Below the pieces are notes generated by a model. It saw only the letters and a list, made by a program, of their open reading frames with translations, was not told the DNA's origin and did not search any database. The position numbers and the translations under genes are program-made. Shown piece after piece: positions 33,620 through 42,281 of a stretch of DNA of 42,281 bases. The stretch's first letter is position 1. The number at the start of each line of letters is the position of its first letter. The stretch is from Chlorokybus atmophyticus (taxonomy: Eukaryota > Plantae > Mesostigma and Chlorokybus algae): the NCBI GenBank assembly GCA_009103225.1, contig RHPI01001020.1, forward strand, positions 1-42,281. The letters are read 5' to 3'.

Positions 33620-34250
33620 CTGACGCGATTAAAATCGACGGGGCCATACATGGTGCGCCCCAAAAAAACATGGGACCGTTCATGTGAAGTTTAGACCATG
33701 CATGGTCCGACTATCAATGACAATCCGACCATATATGTTTCACTAATCTTGTTTAGCAGGAAAAAATCCCGGTCAAGAGGTACGAACCATTCATGGTCCT
33801 TTTACGTCATTCGGTGTGAATGTCATCGCCACCACAAGGTAGTAAAAGGTGGGGTGGTAGTGTGCAAGGTTGTTGCTATTTACGTCTGAAGTAAGGCAAG
33901 CCCCTAAGTGACAATTGAAATTTTACAATTCTACAATTTGGTCCCTAGTCAGCTGCTCGGACGCTACCTAGTCCTGACACGATTGAAATCGACGGGCCCA
34001 TACATGGTGCGACCCCAAAAATACATGGGACCGTTCACGTGAAGTTTAGACCATGCATGGTCCGACTGTCAATGACAATCCGACCATATATGGTCCGCCA
34101 ATCTCGTTTAGCAGGAGAATCCCGATCAAGAGGTACGGACCATACATGGTCCTTTTACGTTAATTGGTGTGAATGTCATCGCCACCACAAGGTAGTAAAA
34201 GGTGGGGTGGTAGTGTGCAAGGTTGTTGCTGTTTACGTCTGAAGCAAGGC
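33571..34250. repeat. Diverged two-copy tandem duplication, about 354-bp period, rich in ACCATRYATGGT palindromic motifs
   Basis: acaattctac...ggacgctacct(g/a)gtcctgac...agaccatgcatggtccgact...ccaccacaaggtagtaaaaggtggggtgg occurs at 33571 and 33925. Confidence 0.9.
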
Positions 34251-37200
34251 AGAACCCCAAGGCTGTGTACTTGTGCACAGTTGGCTGTGTAGCTATACCA
34301 GGCACAATCAGCTACTATGTAGTAGCTCGTTGTGCCTGGTGTTGTGTTGTGCGTGCATTGTTTGTATATCTGTACAGCCTAACATAGTGCCACCTGTCTA
34401 TAGCCCTGTACATATGCACCATGCAGGACTATGTTGTGTATGAGTGGATTGCTAGCTGATTGTGTAACTAGTTGTGGCCTTGTCTCATGCACATCTTTTC
34501 CTTTATATTTGCTCAGCATGCCAGCTCATGCACCTTAAGCTTTAGCTCATATACCGCGCTTGCTCGTCATGGCATGCCACCTTTTGCTCACACAGCGCGA
34601 TATCTCTTCACATGGCATGCCACATTTGGCTCACGCAGCGTCTCTTGATGCTCTCCTGCCCACCTATTCTTTTTGTGCTTTGCTTGCCTACCACCATCTC
34701 ACCTGGTACTATCCCACCCTACATCTCTCACCATGCTTTGTACACCTAACAATCACATGCAAAATGTATAACCACACAGTCTCAAACACCAGATTCACAC
34801 TTTCACTCTCCCTGCAACAATCTTCAAATAATCATCCTCTCAGAAAACCCCTTGGCAGGCATTAATTAGACAACAAAGGGGTTGCACAGAGCTATCGGCA
34901 GCACATGATACACTGAAAGCTCTATTCTTGTGCGTTCAAAATCACATTAAACACCTTACTGGCTTTTTGCGCCAATTATGGCGCAGTGTTCGCCACCGCA
35001 GTTCTGGTTGCTCACGTGAGTGCAGTGCTCCGGTAGCTGGCGCCAGCCCTGGTCCGTCATATGAGCCTTTGGTGCATGATTGTGGAAGCTGCAATAATGG
35101 CGAGCTGAGCGGCGAGATGGGTGTGGGCGTGGGTGATGTGGGTGGCGTACTTATGGCTAGCAGCAGGAGCGTTAAGAATGCTTTGAAGCTGTCAGAAACG
35201 CTAGGCATCCGTGTGGCACCAGTTGCCAAGCCGAATACTTTAGCGTCGCTTTAGGGCTACGAGAGAGGAGCATCGCTTGCATTAAGACCGTGAGAAGCTG
35301 CAGAGCAGAAAAGCAAAAATTGTGGAAAGGGAGAATGCTGTTCTACAGCAGGACATGCTTTGCCAACCTCCAATTCACCGGTAGAATTGGCCCCCCAACA
35401 GTTCGGCCTTGCCCTCAACTTAAATGGACATCTAGCTATAACTTATTTAGGGATCCGCATGTAAGCAACGTATTAAGTTTTGCATTTATACCTGCTGCAA
35501 CTGAGTTTGGCATCTGGCTGCCATTAAGGTCAAGTAGTTAGTGTGCATGAAGTTCGGTATCCGTTTTTTCTTAAACTTAATAATGTCCACATTCTGTACT
35601 ATGTTTTGGTTAGATTATGTATTTAGGGGATCAAACTGAATGCGTGATCCAAGCCCAAAATGTTATGGCCGCAGTTCGCGGCAAAAACCCAAACAGTCGC
35701 AACGCAGCGGGATTTGCGATCACGCCGCCGTGTTTCGAATCTGTGCGGATGCGCCTGTCGGGGTTTGCAAGCAACGACCTACGACTTAAACCCTGACCGA
35801 ATAGACTACAAGACACACAGCATTGCGATTGCAACTATTGTTACCTCTTCAAACAACCTCAAGATTGTCTCACGTGCCGCAAGAATTGTTAAATGGATTG
35901 CATGCATGGATATAGTAGTTATACATATATATGTGTATATATGTACATATTTGTATGCATATACAATACATATATATAAATATGTATACATGTATATACA
36001 TCAATAAGCCGGTAGCCGTTCATGTATATACGGCTACCGATACCTGTGTTTGTTCTTGATGATATCATACACACAATCGTGAAGGAAATTACGGGGATGT
36101 AGGTGACTTGAGGATAAACAATGTGTTAGACCTGCCGTCTCATCCAATTGCAGCGTTATATAACTGGCAGATGTTTGCATTAAGTTCCCTGTATTACCTG
36201 TTTAAGCAAGGTTGTTTGCGATGAGTTGGGGAAGTCTTTAACTCATGTGCTGGTACTAACAATAACACATGCAAGTAGCAGCCTTCCACATGTACTTGCT
36301 TGCCCCGCGGCCTGCTACTAGCAGGCCGCGGGGCAAGCCATAGATAGGTCGCGGGGTTGATCTTGGCACTAACGAGGTCATGAAATCATTAGGGTTTGTA
36401 CCAGTGCAAAGTAATGATCGTAACACACACCTTGTTAAGTATACATTAATGTACTATTAATGAAATCGTTCACAACGTACATGATGATGTGTATGTGGCG
36501 ATAGCATGCAGCGTCAATGCACACTTATATGTCGCCGCGTCCTCAATTGCGTTAGGGAGTATAGTCGCATTGTTGATGATTTAGTTACAACTGTAATCAC
36601 GATTTACACATGCCTTTCTCACAACCTAAACCTTTAATTACGTCAACGCCGAATCCTCAACATTGTTGAGGATTCAGTGCTTACGATTGTCACTGGCGGA
36701 GTGCCGGTTGTAACAATATTTTGGCTACAGTCATAACATATGTACGGATCCGCCGTAAAGTTTACGAACTTCGCAATTCATATCTGGCTCCGTGCATCTA
36801 CAAAGTTGCGGATCCAGCCTGACTTGCCGAAACCCATTCCTACCGGTGATTGCCGTTTTCGCTAAAGGCATTGAGGAGGAGGACGAGCAGCAGCCTTCAG
36901 CGCCGCTTTAATGAGTTATATAGCTTCCAGTGCTGCTTGATTGTTTGGTACAAGTACTGTTCCAACTTGATTTTCTCAACTGTTGAAGTCTTGCAAGGTT
37001 GCCAAGTTGCATTCTACTAGTTCTCACTTGCTTGTGGTACAATTTTCCTGGACTGCAAGCGTGTGCTCTGTAATCTCATAGGTAGTTAATGTGCCAGAAG
37101 CTGAATTCACTTGGAATCTGTTTAGTTGTATTTAATTTAGTTGTATTCCCTGAAATACTTGAGTAAATGGATGTTGGTTTGTGTTCGGTGCCTCATTTGT

Positions 37201-37854
37201 GCAAGCCAACAGCGTTCAATGGAAGCGGACTTTCCGCCACCACTCCTCTCCAGCTGGACTCCATATGGCGGAAAACTCTTCCGATAACCAGAGTGAACCT
37301 CTACGAGCACTTGTTATTGCCATTGCTCTACTTGCCATGGCACGATGAGGCATTGCTCCTTATGCTGCAAGGTGCCTCTTGCTGATGGCAATGGAATTTC
37401 CGCATACAAATATAACCACCTTGTGCTGAGATTGTGCAAAATCATGTCTCTCATGCCCACCTCTTCCTGAATAACAACTCACAATTTGCTAATTCGGCGC
37501 GCAATTACGTGGCATGCCACCTTTTGCTAATGCAGCGTGCTCTCCTCTCATGGCATGCCACTTTTTGCTCACGCAACGCCTCGTCATGCTTACCTATTGT
37601 TTTTGTGCTATGCTTAAATTGACCACTTCTTATGTCGCAGAGCGTTCTTCTCGCAAACTGCTAAAGATCACCGTGCCGGACCGCGCAGCTCAGGAGTCCG
37701 TAGTAGTGCCTGCAATGCCTTCAATTGAGTTGGAAACAACACTGCCACTGGCGTCCCAAGCGTTACCCACTCCAACATATCCTGGTAGCAGATTATCTAC
37801 AACTTCGTGCTTATTGCTGAAGAAGGATTGGTCAGCTAGGCAACGCTTGGAAAA

Positions 37855-39960
37855 ATGCTCACATGCGTCTTTGGTGACATTAGAGACTCTATCGTCAGCC
37901 TCGCCCAACGGTTGCCTCTAAATCGTCTGCAACTTGAAGCGTGCAGCTTGATGTACATTACCGACTCCGATCCTCCCTCCTCCACCAGCCTGGTGAAAAC
38001 AGTCAATTGCTTCAAAGCTCTGCTCGCCAAGATGGGCATGCCACTTCCTGCTCATTACAGCATTTGTGTGAACTGCATTGTGCACTTTGAGCATCCATAC
38101 CCCTTTGCTGCGGATGAAGACGAAGGTGATGAGGCGCAGGGGGAATCAAAGAAAGTGGAAAAAGAACGCTCTAATCAGAAGACGTGCCGTTGAATGGAGT
38201 GCGTGAACTTCTACTACTTGTCCGTGGAGTTACGACTTTGTGTGATGCTCTCTGTCCTTTCCATCTGCTACGACATGCTCGCTTGCTGGCGGAACATGGA
38301 CATCTGGCCTCGAAAGCTTTCTAACCAACAACACTTTCCTGAGATAAAGAGCTGGCATGGCACAATATGGCCCGAGCTCTCGCACTTCTTGAATCCTAAA
38401 GAAATGTTCCTTCTTCCACTTGAATGCCAGTCATGCAAAGAGGTGCCACTTGAGGGTGACGTTGAGTGTTAAGGCGGCTACGCCCGCTTTAAGTGTTTAA
38501 AGTATTTTATAAGCAACCATCATCCGTTTGGGCAAATCTGCGGAGATCCGCGCATTGCAATGATGATGCTGCATCGGGACATCTTCATGGCAGCCTTGAC
38601 AGCCAAGCGCAATTTTTGGTTATAAATGTCATGCCTTTCAGTATAGGGAAGCGTATGGCATCACGCATTGAATCCATATTGCCTGTCGGCTTCGTTCCCG
38701 TTGATGACGTGACCAACGGCATCGACTGTATGGACCACTTCTTGAAGCTTGCTGTTAACGAGCTGCAGCACTTATACCTGCACGGCTTCTCCACTCACTA
38801 CAGGCTGGACTCCAAGTTGGTCGACAATTGCCCTCTCGCACTTGCATGATGAGTTAACCAGCAGCCCACTCACATTTTGCTACCCTTGTTCATGTAAATA
38901 GCGGCATCCACCTTTTGCTAGCCTTACATTGCCAGCACCCACCTTTTGCTAGGTTGTATGCAAGAGAGGACATATCTTGCGTGTGGTGGCCTTGAACTGG
39001 ACAGGTGACCACCCTTTGCTTTGCGAATCGGGCAAGATCAAGAATAAAGGCTATTGCGCTTGTCGTCGCCGTGAGTATGAAGGTACCCTTAGATATGTTA
39101 ACCGAACAGAAGGCAAAAAAGTTGACAGATACTGGGGATACATACACTGAGGATGTGGAGAGCAGAACACGGCAGACCTGCTATGCGAATAATCGCCTTT
39201 AAGCACGCCATCCTCCCAAAGCAAAAACAGCCGAGAGACATACGCGCACCTGCAAACATTGAAGACGCGCAGTGATCGAGTTGCTTACTCCAAGTTGCGG
39301 TGCTAATGATAATCGCAGCTTTGGAGGCTCTGAAGGCTGTATGGTTTAACGCTTGCAAGGACCTAGTCTTCGATGTCATACACACGTTTGCTGAGGGCTT
39401 AGCGAAGTGTCTGGCGACAAGGACTCCCACAAGAGCCGGGCAGGAGAGGGTCAAGGTGTCAGAGGTTGAAGCCCTGCACTCCAACATAAAAATTGCAAGC
39501 CTCAAAGCTGAAGGGTCGCTTTCCAAAAGGGATCACCAATAGGCTTGCGTACCGAAAGAAAGGCCCAAGATCATTAATTCTTTATGCAGTACTACGTGCC
39601 TTTTTGCTCTAAAGCCCCTGGTGGGAGATGGGCGACGTGACTTGTGCATGACCCCGCACACGATCTTCAGAGTCTTTCACAATAATGCTCGGAGCGGTTG
39701 GACACCTCAGATCCTGCTCTAGCAAAGTGCTTGAGGATCTTAACGCTTGGCCCGAGGCATTCCTCAGTACATACTCTTACGGACCTTAGCAGGTGCACAT
39801 CATCAATGGCAATGCGACATGGAAGTGATGATGTGTATTGGTGCTATGCCTTGCTACAAAGGTGTCCACATTTGTCAAGACCTACACCAATTACAAAGAG
39901 TACGCGCTCTTCTGCGTGCGCAGGTACTTGAGCAATTCCATTGCCTAACATCATGATTGC
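37855..39960 (+). mobile_element. CACTA/EnSpm-like transposase pseudogene (Transposase_21/DUF4218-type regions)
   Basis: Decayed motifs appear in the expected order: FYYLSVELRL, IDCMDHFLKLAVNELQHLYLHGF (cf. ID.FL.PLV.EL..L...G), GDHPLLCESGKIKNKGYCAC (cf. D.PA...SG.K.KG..AC), DLVFDVIH (cf. D.MH), FFMQYYVP, and RHGSDDVYWCY. Many stops and frameshifts. Confidence 0.72.
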
Positions 39961-41619
39961 ATGCACTAGCATTTGCTAACGAGTTGCCATGCAGACTACA
40001 GTGCCAATGGTTCCTCTCCCCCCTAAATCCAATCAGCCCATGATCGACGAGGAACTTCGTGCAACCTGGCTAGGCGAAAGGTCAGTGCACCTGCGATTCT
40101 TTTCATGGAGTGAACTTTAACTTGAGTTGCTTGCAAGGAGTTAGACAATTATGACATAGAGCTGGTGTACGACATCAGCAATTGCGTGCCAGTGGGCATT
40201 GCCATTATGGAGGCGGTTACCCAGGCGGAGACACCATGCCGCTTCTACCGCGTCAAGGTAACCGCTTGGTTCATGGTGGCCCCTACTGGCACAGACAAGC
40301 TGTGGGTGCCGGCCAGACGCGCAGACTTCTCCCACGGTTGGCAAACAAATGAAGTGTCGATAAAATGCATGCTGATAGGCACTGCTCATGCCCATCTTTT
40401 AATGCTGCACACATGTTGGCATCCACATATTGCTGATGTGTCAACCCCACTGCCCACCTTTTGCTGATGTGTCGACACCCCATCCACCTTTTTCTATCGC
40501 GCGGCATCCCTCAAGCACCTTTTGCTACTGCTCGACTTAATCTATCCACCTTTTGCGCATGCGCGATTTCCACTGGCCACCTTTCGTTGTGGCGCGACTC
40601 CACCCGAGCAACTATTGTTACCGGTGTCACCTTGTGCTTGCTACTGCTGGGGTTAACACTTGTGTGTCATGCAGGGCCGTTGCTGCTAATGGCCATTCAC
40701 ATTCGTGGCCACTCCTGCTGATCACCCTTGCACGAATTGCCAAGACGACACGCGGGTGCAGCCAGATGAATGCGTTGCCGACTTGATGCGTTATGTGCAG
40801 AGCTAACGTGAAGAGGTACACTGTTGGTGTGTTCAACTGTTGATGCTGTCTTACACCTAGGTCGCTAACATGCAATTGCTTGTGCAAATAGGAACAGTAC
40901 CCCGAATAAGAGCAGCTGCCCCAATCGGCTGCAATGTGTTGCGGTGTGGACGTTCCTAGCGGACCGGTGCAGATGATGGACATCTATGAATAATGGCGGC
41001 AGAAATACAGCTCTCTGCTGGAGGATCTGCCCTATAACAGCCCCAAGGGTATGGACGTCGACTCCGGACTATGGATTATGAATGCTATGTATCAACTGGT
41101 TGTTGCCAAGAGGTGGCAGGGGGCAGACCCTGACGTAGCGGGAGAGTTGCGATTGGAGTCTGCACGCATGCTCCCAGGTACCGTACCTATGCAAAGTCTT
41201 CTGTGTGACAGCAAACTTTGCATGAGTTTTGCTAAGGCGGCTCGTCAAGGTGACTGACATACCCATGTAACTGACAGGCCTCTGCAATGAAGAGAAGAAG
41301 CCAAAGGAGCACAGGTGGAGACCAAAGCGCAGGCGGCTGAGACCAAGCCTAAAGTGAGAGTTACGAGACTTTATTATCATGTGTGCACAAAGTGCAAGCT
41401 TGTTCAAGGTGGTGACTGTGCTTTGGGTGCAGGTGTGCGCAGAGCTAGTCATCATTGCCACCTTTCGCTGTGCACAACGCAGGGAGGAGTGGTGTACATA
41501 GTAGTAGCAATTGCTGTAGACAGCTTGTTAAACTTTTGTGCATGCCTATACTGATCGTAGCATACATTCTTGTACCACGGCTGGCTAAACTGCATGTATG
41601 CATGCACTATGATATGTGC

Positions 41620-42190
41620 CATATGTAACACCAGCAAAGCGCACCAAGCATGGTGCGGACTAAGCATACCAAGCATGGTGCAACTATTGCGCACTATGCT
41701 TGGTTACCTTGTCAAGGCAGGCAGCATTAATTATGGCATGTGTGGCATGCACCAAGCATGGTGCGACTGTTGCGCACTTATTTTGGCCGCGGGCTTGAGG
41801 CAGGCAGCATTGATTATGGCGCGTGTGGCATGCACCAAGCATGGTGTGACTGTTGCGCACCATGCTTGGCGGCGGGCTTAAGGAAGGCAGCACTGATTAT
41901 GGCGTGCGTGGCACGCACCAACCATGGTGCGCGCCACCACGCCAGAGCTGCCATGTTCCCTAAAGACACTACTTTCATGGTTGGGAGAGTTGCGCCAAAC
42001 ATGGTGTGCACAATTGGTTGCAAGTTAATGCGCGGATCCAAAAGTGCCTAAACTTGCGGTGACAATCGAGGAAAAGTAAACCATGCTTGGTATTCATGGT
42101 TATACGGCAGATTTTAACCCTGGTTTGCGGCTTCCACCGCCCGCTATTGCCCCCTGGTGCAAACGTCCGCGCCATACATGGTTATATATA
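41620..42190. repeat. Subterminal-type repeat field of the CACTA-like element
   Basis: Multiple gcaccaagcatggtg / gcgccaaacatggtg / gcgccatacatgg motifs, and two ~70-bp copies of gcagcattrattatggc..gtgtggcatgcaccaagcatggtg. Confidence 0.65.
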
Positions 42191-42281
42191 GTTTTCCGCG
42201 GTGTATGCAAGCGCATCAACAAGCACAGATACACACCGTTACCAATAGGGTCCTCGCGGGGCGTGTGTGTGTGTGGGGGGG

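Noticed and set aside
30716-33683. Recurring 102-, 76- and 67-aa ORFs in the array
   Set aside because: They are by-products of the 305-bp period, which is not a multiple of 3. They have no domain signature, and stops occur in all frames.
34928-35254. Overlapping ORFs on both strands inside the CACTA-like region (possible captured gene)
   Set aside because: No recognisable motif and flanked by stops. It may be decayed cargo, but a call cannot be supported.
36760-37420. Stop-riddled minus-strand frame that reads like decayed protein
   Set aside because: Five or more stops and no identifiable family, so it was left uncalled.

Overview
This is the left end of a eukaryotic chromosome: a (CCCTAA)n telomere followed by intron-rich DNA with GC-rich exons and CA/TG-rich introns. 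The gene content (an LRR receptor kinase of the RLK/Pelle type and RRA-type arabinosyltransferases) suggests a green-lineage organism, most plausibly a streptophyte alga; this is an inference. Intact-looking genes are an ~11-LRR receptor-like kinase with an extensin-like Ser-Pro stalk (minus strand), two diverged, convergent RRA/GT77 arabinosyltransferase paralogs, and a possible orphan gene at 5-7.6 kb. The rest is decayed mobile DNA: a P4-ATPase exon fragment next to the telomere, a Ty3/gypsy gag-protease remnant, an RLE-type non-LTR remnant, an intron-containing pogo/Tigger transposase split by a 1.5-kb TA-target insertion, and a large CACTA/EnSpm-like region (about 30.7-42.3 kb). That region begins with a tRNA-Thr-like Pol III head followed by nine apparently identical 305-bp units sharing the element's subterminal motifs. 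All exon boundaries, alignments and family calls were made by eye, without database searches.
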